A stretch of 64,000 bases of DNA from Felis catus (taxonomy: Eukaryota). The position numbers and the translations under genes were made by a program. Each line of letters starts with the position of its first letter. The first letter of the stretch is position 1. Of the stretch, positions 21,920-35,639 are shown one piece after another. Location of the stretch: contig NC_058368.1 in assembly GCF_018350175.1 (NCBI RefSeq), positions 87,546,001 through 87,610,000 of the forward strand. Reading direction: 5' to 3'. Under the pieces are notes generated by a model. That model searched no databases and was not told the DNA's origin. It worked only from the letters and a program-made list of their open reading frames with translations.

Positions 21920-24900
21920 GGGGCCAACATGGCGGAGAAGTAGGGGGATCTATATATCCCACTTCTCTCAAAGAAGAGCTGAAGCCAAAGGATTTTGTAC
22001 CCCAAGAGTCTGGGAGGAAAAGAGACTGAATCTACCAGGAAGAAAATAGGACAACTTGAGAAAAGACAGGTGGGTGATTGCAAACTGAGGGAGATAAAAC
22101 AGACCATGTAGGCACAGAGGAGAGGGATCCTCCTTCTGTGGAGAGACAAAGGGAAGAGAAAGAGCAGCTGGGGAAGTGTAGGACCATGTCTGGAGAAGAG
22201 AAAAACCTCAGTCTGGGACTGAAAGGGATCCTATCTCTAGCTGTGGGGCTTTCTTCAGCCTGGGGCTGGCTCCCTGTTCATGCACCTGGTGAGAAGGGGA
22301 GCCAGCCTTGGGTTCAGTGGTAGGTCAGGGGTGCAGTCCACAGTGGGAGAAAGCAGTCCCCTCCCTGGAGGGCTGTGCAATAGTACAAAGCCTGCCTGCA
22401 TCTGCCACCCCAGGGCTTGGTGGAGAGGTCAGCAATGTAGTCCGCAGTAGGATACAACGGCCCTCCTTGAAGTGTGCTGGCACAGACAAAGCCAGACAGG
22501 ACCACATATCAGGCCACACTGAGAGGAGCTTCCCCAGTGCCAGAGTGCACAGAACGGTACTTTGAATCCTAGCCAAGGGCAGGGTCAGGGCAGTTGGTGG
22601 AGCAAGAAGGACTGCCCATCTCCACCGGCGGCACAGTGATGATGACTCAAATGGAGTCCACCGTGTCCAGGTCTATGGAGAAGAGACTGGGGGATTGCCA
22701 TTCCCCCCACCACCACCAAGGCAGAGCTTCAGGGATCATCCAAGGAACCCAGAATGGAGGTGGGGCAAGCATACACCAAACCATGGCCCTCCACACTGGG
22801 TAACTGCATATCTTCTGGAGCCGAACACACCGTGTTTAACCAGATGGACAACTCCTCTAGACCAGTGCTGCAGCATTGCCTGGATTAATTCTAGGTCAAT
22901 TCTGGATATATAGATATATTCTACCTCAATTTCTCCTGCTTATCTCATCCCTCCTCTAGGCTGGTTACTTTGGTTAGTGGTTTGTCTAAACAGACATATT
23001 TAATCCATTCTCTTCATACATGTTCTACACCTCCTTCTTTACATTCTTTTCTCTCGATGGAATAATCAAGCCATAAGTTTCTCTGTCTGGGTAAGTTTAT
23101 TTTTGTTCCCCACCCTCCTCCTTGTTTATTTTCCTTTATCTCTCTGTGGATTAAGCCTTTTAGTCTCTCTGCTTAGTCAATGTTTATTTTTTCTTCCCCA
23201 TCCCCCCCCCCCAACTCCTGTCATTTCTCTCTTTGTATATGATCTTCCATTAGCACCACCTCCACCCTCTTCTTTACTTGTAGTTGGTGTTTTTTGTTTT
23301 TAGTTTTTGGTTCTTTATTTTTGTTTATTGGTTTGTTTGGTTTGTTTGTGTGTTTGGGTGTTTTTGTCTCCTCTGTGTCTGTCTGTTGGTTTTCCTTTAC
23401 AGGGCTATTCCAAGGAACAAATCAAAGCACACCTGGTAGAGGGTCCAAAATATCACTACAAGTAGGGAAATAAAATAACCAAAGTCACAACAACAGAGCA
23501 AGTAACAATCTCCAAAAAAACACCTCCTGAAGGGCCAGGCCTAGACAGTGTATGACCTCCCTTTAATATAGCAGTGCTTGCAGGTGCAGAGCACACAACA
23601 AGGTTTTAAAATGTGTAAGGGACAGAAAACTAGCCAAAATGACGAAAAGGAAGAACCCTCCTCAAAAGAAATTCCAGGAAGGGGTGACAGCTAATGAATT
23701 GATCAAAACCAATTTAAACAATATAACTAAACAAGAATTTAGAATAATGGTCATAAAATTACTTGTTGGGCTTGAAAAAGGTAAAGAAGACAGCAGCGAA
23801 TCTATTGCTACAGAGATCAAGCAACTAAAAAATAGTCATGATGAATTAAAAGATGCTATAAATGAGGTGCAAAATAAAATGGAGGTGGCACAGCATGGAT
23901 TGAAGAGGAAGAGGGGAGAATAGGTGAATTAGAAGATAAAATTATTGAAAAAGAGGAAGCTGAGAAAAACAAAGAAAAAAATCCAGGATTATCAGGGAGA
24001 GAATTAGAGAACTAAGTGATGCAATCAAACGGAACAATATCCATATCATGGAATCCATAAGAGGAAGAGAGAGAGAAAGGGGCTGAAAGTGTACTTGAAC
24101 AAATCATAGCTGAGAACTTCCCTGATCTGGGGAAGGAAAAAGGCATTGAAAGCCAAGAGGCACAGAGAACTTCATTCAGACATAACTTGAATTGATCTTC
24201 TGCATGACATATCATAATGAAACTGGCAAAATACAGGGATAAAGAGAAAATTCTGAAAGCAGCAAGGGATAAACAGGCTCTAACTTACAAAGGGAGACCC
24301 ATAAGACTAGTAGCAGACCTATCCACTGAAACATGGCAGGCCAGAAAGGAATGGCAGGAAAACTTCAATGTGATGAACAGAAAAAATATGCAGCTGAGAA
24401 TCCTTTATCCACCAGGTCTGTCATTCAGAATAGAAGGATAGATAAAAGTTTTCCCAAAAAACCAAAAACTGAAGGAATTCATCACCACTGAACCAGCCCT
24501 ACAAGAGATACTAAGGGGGATCCTGTGAGTGAAATGTTGCAAGGATCACAAAGTACCAGAGACATCACTACAAGCATGAAACCTACAGACATCACAATGA
24601 CTCTAAACCCATATTTTTCTATAATAACACTGAAAGTAAATGGACTAAATGCTCCAACCAAAAGACATAGAGTTTCAGAATGGATAAAAAAACAAGATCC
24701 ATCTATTTTCTGTCTACAAGAGACTCATTTTAGACCTGAGGACACTTTCAAATTGAAAGTGAGGGGATGGAGAACTATCTATATGCTACTGGAAGTCAAA
24801 AGAAAGCTGGGAGTAGAAATATTATATCAGACAAACTAGACTTTAAATTAAAGGCTGTAACAAGAGATGAATAAGGGCATTATATAATAATTACAAGGTC

Positions 24901-27900
24901 TATCCATCAGGAAGAGCTAACAATTATAAATGTCTATGCATCAAATCCAGAGAAACCCAAATATATAAAAGAGTTAATAACAAACATAAACAACCTTATT
25001 GATAAGAATGTGACAATTGCAGGGGACTTTAATACCCCAGTTACAACAATGGACAGATCATCTAGACACAGGATCAATAAAGAAACAAGGGCTCTGAATG
25101 ATACATTGGACCAGATGGACTTGACAGATATATTTAGAATTCTGTATCCCAAAGGAGCAGAATATACTTTCTTCTCGAGTGCACATGGAACATTCTCCAT
25201 GATAGATCACATTCTGGGTCACAAAACAGCCCTTCATAAGTATAAAAGAATTGAGATCATACCATGCACACTTTCAGATCACAATGCTATGACACTTGAA
25301 ATCAACCACAGGAAAGAGTCTGGAAAATATCCAAAAGCATTGAGGTTAAAAAACATTCTACTAAAGAATAATGGGTCAACCAGGCAATTAGAGAAGAAAT
25401 TAAAAAATATATGGAAACAAATGAAAATGAAAATACAACAATCCAAATGCTTTGGGATGCAGCAAAGGCAGTCCTGAGAGGAACATACATTGCAATCCAG
25501 GCCTATCTCAAGAAAGAAGAAAAATCCCAAATACAAAATCTACCAGCACACCTAAAGGAAATAGAAGCAGAACAGCAAAGACACCCCAAACCCAGCAGAA
25601 GAAGAGAAATAATAAAGATCAGAGCAGAAATAAACAATATAGAATCTAAAAAAAACTGTAGAGCAGATCAATGAAACCAAGAGTTGGTTTTTGGAAAAAA
25701 ATAAATAAAATTAATAAACCTCTAGCCAGGCTTCTCAAAAAGAAAAGAGAAGGGACCCAAATAGATAAAATCATGAATGAAAATGGAAAGATTATAACCT
25801 CTCCCTCAGAAATACAAGCAATTATCAGGGAATATTATGAAAAATTATATGCCAACAAATTGGACAACCTAGAATAAATGGACAATTTTCTAAGTACCCA
25901 CACACTTCCAAAAAACTCAAACAGGAAGAAATAGAAGATTTGAATGGACTCATAACCAATGAAGAAATTGAATCAGTTATAAAAAATTTCCAAACAAAGA
26001 AGAGTGGACCAGATTGGTTCCCAGGGGAATTCTACCAGACATTTAAAGCAGAGATAATACCTATCCTTCTCAAGCTGTTCCAAAACATAGAAAGGGAAGG
26101 AAAACTTCCATACTCATTCTATGAAGCCAGCATTACTTTGATTCCTAAACTAGACAGAGACCCAGCAAAAAAGAGAACTACAGGCCAATATCCCTGATGA
26201 ATATGGATGCAAAAATTCTCAACAAGATACTAGCAAATGGAGTTCAACGGCCTATAAAAAGAATTATTCACCATGATCAAGTGGGATTCATTCCTGGGCT
26301 GTAGGGCTGGTTCAATATTCACGAGTTAATCAATGTGATACATCACATTAATAAAACAAAAGAAAAGAACCGTATGATCCTGTCAATTGATGCAGAAAAA
26401 GCATTTGACAAAATTCAGCATCCTTGTTTAATAAAATCCCTCGAGAAAGTCAGGATAGAAATAACATACTTAAACATCATGAAAAGCCCACAGCTAACAT
26501 CATCTTCAATGGGAAAAAACTGAAAGCTTTCCCCCTGAGATCGGGAACACTACAGAGATGTCGACTCTCACCACTGTTGCTTAACATAGTGTTGGAAGTC
26601 GTAGCATCAGCAATCAGACAACAAAATAAAATCAAAGGCATCAAAATTGGCAAAGATGAAGCCAAACTTTCACTTTTTGCAGACGACATGATACTCTACA
26701 TGGAAAACCCGACAGGCTCCACTAAAAGTCTACTAGAACTGATACATGATTTCAGCAAAGTCTCAGAGTACAAAATTAATGTACAGAAATCAGTTACATT
26801 TTTATACACCAATAAAGAAGCAATAGAAAGAGAAATAAGGAATCCGATCGTATTCACAATGGAACCAAAAATCATAAAATACTTAGGAATAAACCTAACC
26901 AAGGATGTAAAAGATCTGTATGCTGAAAACTATATAAAGCATATGAAGGAAATTGAAGAAGATACAAAGAAATCAAAAAACATCTCGTGCTCATGGATTG
27001 GAAGAATAAATATTGTCAAAATGTTAATACTACTCAAAGCTACATTCAATGCAATCCCAATCAAGATTGCACCAGCATTCTTCTCAAAGCTAGAACAAGC
27101 AACCCTAAAATTTGTATGGAACCACAGAAGACCCGAATAGCCAAAGTAATATTGAAGAAGAAGACCAAAGTGGGAGGCATCACAATCCCAGACTTTAGCC
27201 TCTACTACAAAGCTATAATCATCAAGACAGCATGGTATTGGCACAAAAACAGACACATAGACCAATGGAATAGATTAGAAACCCCAGAACTAGACCCACA
27301 GAAGGATGGCCAACTAATCTTTGACAAAGCAGGAAAGAGTATCCAATGGAAAAAAGACAGTCTCTTTAGCAAATGGTGCTGGGAGAACTGGACAGCAACA
27401 TGAAGAAGGATGAAACTAGACCATTTTCTTACACCATTGACAAAAATAAACTCAAAATGGGTGAAGGACATGAATATGAGACAGGAAACCATCAAAACCC
27501 TAGAGGAGAAAGCAGGAGAAAACCGCTCTGACCTCAGTCGCAGCAATTTCTTACTTGACACATCCCCAAAGGCAAGGGAATTAAAAGCAAAAATGAACTA
27601 TTGGGACTTCATGAAGATAAAAATCTCTGTACTGCAAAGGAAACAATTAACAAAACTAAAAGGCAACCAACGGAATGGGAAAAGATATTTGCAAATGACA
27701 TATCAGACAAAGGGCTTGTATCCAAAATCTATAAAGAACTCACCAAACTCCACACCCAAAAAACAAATAATCCAGTGAAGAAATGGGCAGAAAACATGAA
27801 TAGACATTTCTCTAAAGAAAACATCTGGATGGCCAACAGGCACATGAAAAGATGCTCAACAGCAGTCCTCATCAGGGAAATACAAATCAAAACCACACTG

Positions 27901-28598
27901 AGATACCACCTCATGCCAGTCAGAGTGGCTAAAATGAACAAATTAGGAGACTATAGATGCTGGAGAGGATGTGGAGAAACAGGAACCCTCTTGCACTGTT
28001 GGTGGGAATGCAAATTGGTGCAGCCGCTCTGGAAAGCAGTGTGGAGGTTCCTCAGAAAATTAAAAACAGATCTACCCTATGACCCAGCAATAGCACTGCT
28101 AGGAATTTATCCAAGGGATACAGGAGTACTGATGCATAGGGGCACTTGTACCCCAATGTTCATAGCAGCACTCTCAACAATAGCGAAATTATGGAAAGAG
28201 CCTAAATGTCCATCAACTGACAAATAGATAAAGAAGATGGAATACTAATTATTTGTATTTGTAGCAATGTAGATGGAGGGTATTATGCTAAGTGAATTAA
28301 ATCAGGCAGCGAAAGACAGATACCATATGTTTCCACTCATATGTGAATCCTGAGAAACTTAAGAGAAGACCATGGGGAGGGGAAGTGAGGGGAAAAAGTT
28401 ACAGAGAGGTAGGTAGGCAAACCAGAAGAGAGTCTTAAATACTGAGAACAAACTGAGGGTTGATGGGGGTTGGGGGAGAGAGGAAATTGGGTGGTGGGCA
28501 TTGAGGAGGGCACCTGTTGGGATGAGCACTGGGCGTTGTGTGGAAACCAATTTCACAATAAATTATATTTAATATAAAAAATAAAATCAAAGACTGAA
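21920..28598 (+). mobile_element. Full-length felid-type LINE-1 (L1#3), ORF1 from 23639, ORF2 from ~24597, both disrupted
   Basis: 5' GGGCCAACATGGCGG; ORF1 MTKRKNPPQK; ORF2 EN, RT (FADD), C-terminal Cys-rich region; TSD AAAAAGGACATG at ~21903 and ~28600. Confidence 0.95.
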
Positions 28599-30393
28599 AA
28601 AAAAGGACATGAAAGCCAATGAAAATGACAACAGGTATCCCAGAGGTATTGGTCGCAAAGGCAGTCAGAAGAGGAAATACAGGTCATCCTAAAGAAGGAA
28701 GAAATGTCTCAGATACACAACCTAACCTTACACCATAAAGAGGAGGAAAAAGAACAGCAAATAAGCCCCAAACCAGCAGAATATGAGAAAGAGTAGAGTA
28801 GAAAAGAATCAATATTATGGAAATAAAAAAAACATTTTAACAGATCAATGAAACCAGGAGCGTGTTCTTTGAAAGAATTAACAAAATTGGAAACCCCCTA
28901 CCCAGTTGATCAAAAAGAAAAAGTAAAGGATCTAAATAAATGCAATGAATAATGAAAGAGGAGAGATCACAACCAACACTGTAGAAATATAAACAATAGT
29001 AAGAAAATATTTTGAGCAGTTATATGCCAATAAATTAGGAAATCTGGAAGGAATGGACAAATTTCTAGAATCGTATACAGTACCAAAACTGAAATAGGAA
29101 GAAAGATAAAATATGAACAGACCAATAACCAGTAAATAAATTGAATTACTAATCAAAAATCTCCCAAAAAACTATTACAGTGCCAGATGGCTTTATAGGG
29201 AAAGTCTACCAAATATTTTTTGACGAGTTAAACCTATTCTTTTGAAGATGTCTAAAAAATAGAAATGGAAGAAAACTTACAAATTCATTCTATGAGTCCA
29301 GAATTACCTTGATTCCAAAACCAGACAAAGACCACACTAAAAAGAACTACAAACCAATTCCTTTGATGAACATGGATGCAAAAATTCTCAAGATACTAGC
29401 CAAATGGATCCAACAAAACTTTAAAAGAATTATTCCCCAGGACCAAGTGGGATTTATATTTGGGATGCAGGGCTGGTTAAATATCCACAACTAATTCAAT
29501 GTAATGCATCACATTAATAAACAAAATAATAAGAACCACATGATCCTCTCAAGAGGTGCAGAGAAACCATTTGACAAAAGACAGCATCATTTCTTGATAA
29601 AAACCCTCAAGAAAGTAGGGATAGAAGGATCATACCTCAAGATCATAAAAGCCATACACAAAAGACCCACTGCTAATATCATCCTCAATGGGGAAAAAGT
29701 GAGAGCTTTTCCCCTAAGATCAGGAACGTGACAAGAATGTTCACTTTCACCACTGTTATTCAACATAGTGTTGGAAGTCCTAGCCTAACTAATCAGACAA
29801 CAGAAAGAAATGAAAGGCATCCAAATCAACAATGAAGAAGTCAAACTTTCACTTTTCAGAGACAACATGATACTGTATGTGGAAAACCCAAAAGTGTCCA
29901 CCAAAAAAATGCTAGAAATGATCCATGAATTCAGTAAAGTTGCAGGATATAAAATAAATGCACAGAAATTGGTTGCATTCCTATATACCACTAATGAAGC
30001 AACACAAAGAGAAATCAAGAAATCAATCCCATTTACAATTGCATCAAACCCCATAAAATATCTATGAATAAACCTAACCAAAGAGGTTAAAAATCTATAC
30101 ACTGAAAACTATAGAAAGCTTATGAAAGAAATTTGTTTTTCCACAAAAAAGGAAAAACATTCCATGCTCATGGATTGGAAGAACAGATTTTGTGAAAATG
30201 TCAATACTAGGCAAAACAATCTATATATTCAATGCAATCTGTATCAAAAGAATATCAGCATTTTTTACAGAGCTAAAACAAAGAATCCTAAAATTTATAT
30301 GGGATCAGAAAAGACCCCAAATAGCCAAACCACTCTTGAAAAAGAAAACCGAACCTGGAGGCATCACAATCCCAGACTTCAAAATGTATTACA

Positions 30394-30597
30394 GCGGCTC
30401 CTTGATGGCTCAGTTGGTTGAGTGTCCGACTTGGGCTTAGGTCATGATTTTGTGGTTCGTGGGTTTGAGCCTTGCGCTGGGCTCTGTGCTGACAGCCCAG
30501 AGCCTGCAGCCTGCTTCAGATTCTGTCTCCGGCTGTCTCTGCCCCTCCCCCACTTGTGCTCTGTCTCTCTGTCTCTAAAATAAATAAACATTTAAAA
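30394..30597 (+). mobile_element. Can-SINE
   Basis: TSD AAAATGTATTACA on both sides. Confidence 0.93.
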
Positions 30598-31637
30598 AAT
30601 GTATTACAAAGCTGTAATCATGAAGACAGTATGGTATTAACACAAAAACAGACACTCAGATCAATGGAACAGAATAGAGAACCTAGAAACTGACCCACAA
30701 ACATCTGGCCAACTAATCTTTGGCAAAACAGGAAAGAATATCCAGTGGAATAAAGACAGTCCCTTTGGCAAATGGTGTTGGGAAAATTGGACAGCAACAT
30801 GCAGAAGAACCTCGACCACTCCTTATGCCATACACAAAAATAAACTCGAAATGGTTAGATGACCTAAACATCCTAAACATAAGACAGGAAGCCATCAAAA
30901 TCCTAGAGGAGAAAGCAGGCAAAAAAACCTCTGACTTCAGCCACAGCAAATTCTTAATCAATATGTCTCTGGAGGCAAGGGAAACAAAAACAAAAATGAA
31001 CTATTGGGACCTCATAAAGATAAAAAGCTTCTGCATGGCAGAGGCAACAATCAGCAAAACTAAAAGGCAACTGATGGAATGGGAGAAGATATTTGCAAAT
31101 GGCATATCAGATAAAGAGTTAGTATCCAAAATCTGTAAAGAACTTGTCAAATTCAACACCCCCAAAAACATAATCCAGTGATTAAATAGGAAAGTTACGA
31201 ATAGACATTTTCCAAAGTAGACGTTCAGATGGATAATAGACACATGAAAAGATGCTCAACATCACTCATCATCAGAGAAATACAAATCAAAACCACAATG
31301 AGATGCCACCTCACACTAGTCAGAATGGCTGGCTATCAATTCAGGCTACAACAGATGTTGACGAGGATGCAGAGAGAGAGGAATACTTTTGCACTCCTGG
31401 TGGGAATGCAAACTGGTGCAGCCACTCTCAAAACAGTATGGAGTTTTCTCAAAAAATTAAAAATAGAACTACCCTACAACCCAGCAATTGCACTACTAGG
31501 TATTTATCCAAAGAATACAGGAGTGCTGTTTCAAAAGGGTACATGCACCCCAATGTTTATAGCAGTGCTATTGACAATAGCCAAAATAGGGAAAGAGCCC
31601 AAATGTCCATTGACTGACGAATGGATAAAGAAGATGC

Positions 31638-31638
<1 letters not shown>

Positions 31639-31682
<44 letters not shown>
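31639..31682. repeat. (GT)n microsatellite
   Basis: Direct repeat. Confidence 0.9.
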
Positions 31683-31685
<3 letters not shown>

Positions 31686-32108
31686 GGAATATTACTGGCA
31701 ATCATAAAGGTTGGAATCTTGTCACTTGCAACAATGTGGATAGTACTAGATTGTATTATGCTAAGTGAAATAAGTCAGTCAGAGAAAGACAAAACATCTT
31801 GACTTCACCCATAGTGCAATTTAAGATACAAAACAGGTAAACATAAGGGAAGGGAAGCAAAAATAAAATAAAAACAGGGAGGGGGACAAAACATAAGAGA
31901 CTTTAGATACAGAACAAATGAGGGTTTCTGTAGAGGTTTTGGGTGGGGGGGATGGGCTAAATGGGCAAGGGGCATTGAGGAGGGCAGTTGTTGGAATGAG
32001 CACTGGCTGTTATATATAGGTGATGAATCTCTGAATTCTACTCTTGAAATAATTATTGCACTATATGCTAGGTAAGTTGGATGTAAATTTAAAAAAAGAA
32101 AAAAAATA

Positions 32109-32128
32109 AAAAAGATGTGATACATATA

Positions 32129-32172
<44 letters not shown>

Positions 32173-32533
32173 CACAAATATATCAGTCAGAGAAAGTCAG
32201 ATATCATATGACTTCACTCATATGTGGAATTTAAGAAGCACAACAGATGAACACAGGGGAAGGGAAGCAAGAATAAGATAAAAACAGAGAGGGAGGCAAA
32301 CCCTAAGAAACTCAAATATAGAAAACAAACTGAGGGTTGCTTGAGGGAGGTGGGTTAAATGGGTGACGGGCATTAAAGAGGGCACTTTTTGGGATGAGCA
32401 CTGGGTATCATATGTAAGAGATGAATCACGGGGTTGTACTCCTAGAGCCAAGACTACACTGTATGTTAATTAACCTGAGAAAATAATTATGAAATCAAAA
32501 ATAAAATAAATAAAATATAAAATGAAATAAAAT
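32109..32533 (+). mobile_element. Second L1 3' end stacked directly behind L1#2
   Basis: AAAGATGTGATAC..(TG)n..TCAGTCAGAGAAAG..A-rich tail. Confidence 0.85.
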
Positions 32534-32563
32534 GGGTAACAACAACAACAACAATTGGGTATG

Positions 32564-32765
32564 AGGGCACCTGGGTGTCTCAGTCTGTTAAGGGTCTGAT
32601 TCTTGGTTTTGGTTCAGGTCATGATCTCATGGTTTGTGTACTCAAGCCATGCATCAGGCTCTGTGCTGACAGCATAGGACCTGATTGGGATTCATTCTCC
32701 CTCTCTGTCCCTATCGACTCAAGGTCTCTCTGTTTCTCTCTCAAAATAAATAAACTTTAATTTAT
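32564..32765 (+). mobile_element. Can-SINE
   Basis: Head GGGCACCTGGGTG; TSD GGGTATG. Confidence 0.9.
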
Positions 32766-32980
32766 AAAGGGTATGGAAAGAGAAATAGTAACTTTAAAGT
32801 GGAGAAATCCTGGCTAACAGTACCTTAACCAGGTGATGAAGGTTAATAACACCACCAATGACTCGTGTTCATGCTATGTATGGCCCAATATGACATAATA
32901 TCATGTACATGATAATCATCCCTAAATATCTGACCAATACTTTTTTAAGTGCCAAGATCATTAAAAAATGGATCAGAGGA

Positions 32981-33181
32981 GGGATGCCTGGGTGGCTCTG
33001 TTGGTTAAGTGTCCAGCTCTTGATTTCAGCTCAGGTCATGATCTTGTGGTTCTTGGGTTTAAGCCCTGCCTTAGGCTCTGGGATAACAGCATGGAGCTTG
33101 TTTGGGATTTTCTCTGCTCTTTCCCCACTCATGCACACATAGGCTCTCTCTCTCTCTCAAAATAAATAAATAAAATTAAAA
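32981..33181 (+). mobile_element. Can-SINE
   Basis: TSD AATGGATCA at 32967 and 33183. Confidence 0.9.
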
Positions 33182-33191
33182 CAATGGATCA

Positions 33192-35048
33192 TAATAAAGT
33201 GAAAATAATTCATTTTTGTTTTTATTTCCTTGCCTCTGGAGACATGTCTAGTAAGATGTTGAGGCCTCGGTCAAAGAGGTTGCTGACTGTTTACTCCTGC
33301 AGGATTTTGATGGCTTCCTATCTCACGTTTAGGTCTTTCATCCATTTTGAATTTATTTTTGTGTATAGTGTAAGAAAGTGGTCCAGTTTTATTCTTCTGC
33401 GTGTTGCTGTCCGGTTCTCCCAGCACCATTTGCTGAAGAGACTGTATTCTTTCCACTGGAAATTCTTTCCTGCTTTGATGAGGATTAGTTGGCCATATAT
33501 TTGTGGGTCCATTTTCTGGGTTCTCTATTCAGTTCCATTGATCTATGGGTCTGTTTTTGTACCAATACCATCCTGTCTTGATGCTTACAGCTTTGTAATA
33601 CATATTAAAGTCTGGAATTGTGATGCCTCCAGCTTTGGTTTTCTTTTTCAACATTACTTTGGCTATTCAGGGTCTTTGGTGGTTCCATACAAATTTAAGA
33701 ATTGTTTGTTCTATCTCTGTGAAGAATGATGGTGTTATTTTAATAGAAGTTGCATTGAATGTGTAGATTGCTTTGGGTAGTATAGATATTTTAATAATAT
33801 TTGTTCTTTGAACCCATGAGTATGAAATGTTTTTCCATTTCTTTGTGTCTTCCATTCCTTTCATAATCTTTCTATACTTTCCATCATATAGATTTTTTAA
33901 CTTTTTGGTTTGGTTTATGCCCAGGTATCTTATAGTGTGGGGCACAATTGTAAATGGAATTGATTCCTTTATATCTCCTGCTTCATTATTGGTGTAGAGG
34001 GACCTCATTAAGATAAAAAGCACAGTAAAGGGAACAACCAGCAAAACTAAAAGGCAACCAAATGGGAGAAAATATTTGCAAATGACATATCAGATAAAGG
34101 GTTAGTATCCAAAATATATAAAAAATTATCAGACTCAACCCCCCAAAAACAAATAATCCAGTGAAGAAATGGGCAGAAGACAGATACTTTTCCAAAGAAG
34201 ACATACAAATGGCTAACAAATACATCAAAAGATGCTCAACATTGCTAATTATCAGAGAAATAAAAACCAAAGCCATGATGAGATACCACCTCACACCTGT
34301 CAGAATGGCTAAAATTAACAATTCAGGAAAAAACAGATGTTGGTGAGGATGAAGAAAAAGGGTAACCTTTTTTCACTGTTGGTGGGAATGCAAACTGATG
34401 CAGACACTCTGGAAAATAGTATATGGAGATTCCTTAAAAAATTAAAAATAGAATTACCTAATAATTCAGCAATTGCACTACTAGGTACTTATCCAAAGTA
34501 AACAAAAATGCTGATTCTAAGAGGCACATTTACCCCAACGTTTATAGCAGCACCATCAACAATAGCCAAATTATAGAAAAAGCCTAAATGTGCATCTACT
34601 GATGAATAATGGATAAAAAAGTTGTGATATACATATACAGTGGAATACTATTTGGTGATCAAAAAGAATGAAATCTTGTTATTTGCAACAACGTGGATGT
34701 AACTAGAGTGTGTTATACTAAGCAAAATAAGTCAGTCAGAGAAAGACAGACATCATATGACTTCACTTATATGTGAAATTTAAGAAACAAAACAGAACAT
34801 AGGGGAAGAGAAACAAAAATAAGATAAAAAGAGAGGGAGGCAAACCATAAGAGACTGAAATACAGAGAACAACCTGAGGGTTGTTGGAGGGAGGTGGGTT
34901 AAATGGGTGATGGTCATTAAGGAGGACACTTTTTGGTACGAGCACTGGGTGTCATATGTAAAAGGTGAACCGCTGGGTTGTTCTCCTGAAGCCAAGACTA
35001 CACTTTATGTTAACTATCTTGAAATTAAATACGTGAATTAAAGTTTTT
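33192..35048 (+). mobile_element. 5'-truncated, 5'-inverted (twin-primed) L1
   Basis: 33200-33999 is antisense ORF2; 34000-35048 is sense and starts at the adjacent L1 position (..AATGAATTATT | GGACCTCAT..); flanked by AATGGATCA. Confidence 0.85.
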
Positions 35049-35529
35049 AAGAAATGGATCAGAAGAGAATAAGGAAACATGATAACTAAATGAAACATAG
35101 TATCCTGGATTGAAACCTGGAAGAGGAAAATAATGACAATAGTGTAAAAGTTGGTAAAATCCAAATGAAGTCCAGAGTTCAGATAATAGTAATATACCAA
35201 TGTTAATTTTTGTAGTTTTAAGAAACACACCATGGTTAACATTAAATAAATCTGGTATACTTCAATCCTTTCTATTTTTCTCACACCCTTTCTTTACATC
35301 TAAAACCATTCCAAAACAAATATTTATTTTAAAAAGTTACAAATGAAGTATTGAGGAATCTTATGTCTATGTATACTGAATAGAAAAAGGTTGGATAGAT
35401 ACACACTTTGTTATCAATCAATAATCACCTGCAAGGAGGGAGGTGGGAAGAGAGAGCCACATGTGGATTTCACTAGTCACTTGATTGTGACTTGTGATTG
35501 TGCATTTTTACAAAGCCTTTTCACTAATT

Positions 35530-35611
35530 ATGTATGTATGTGTGTGTGTGTATATATATATATATGTATATACATATACATATATATGTATACATATATA
35601 TACATATATAT
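35530..35611. repeat. (TG)/(TA)/(TACA) microsatellite
   Basis: Direct repeat. Confidence 0.9.
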
Positions 35612-35639
35612 CTTGTGAAATTATTATAGAATAAATTGT

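Larger units (their letters stand above)
18929..32108 (+). mobile_element. LINE-1 (L1#2): 5' UTR, ORF1 from 20613, internal deletion near 21752, ORF2 continues after L1#3, 3' UTR to ~32108
   Basis: 5' start GGGCCAAGATGGCAG; ORF1 MTKRRNSPQK; ORF2 RT and C-terminal fragments 28600-31640; A-rich tail. Confidence 0.85.
32770..35340 (+). mobile_element. Ancient L1MC-like 3' UTR, host of a SINE and a twin-primed L1
   Basis: GTAACTTTAAAGTGGAGAAA...CCTTAACCAGGTGAT; continues after 35062 with ATCCTGGATTGAAACCTGG. Confidence 0.6.

Noticed and set aside
21920..28598. Active L1
   Set aside because: ORF1 and ORF2 contain multiple stops and frameshifts; the same holds for L1#4 and L1#5
33184..33729. Antisense L1 ORFs (also 27205-27561, 55001-55519, 55826-56269)
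   Set aside because: Recurrent antisense open frames of L1 ORF2, not host genes
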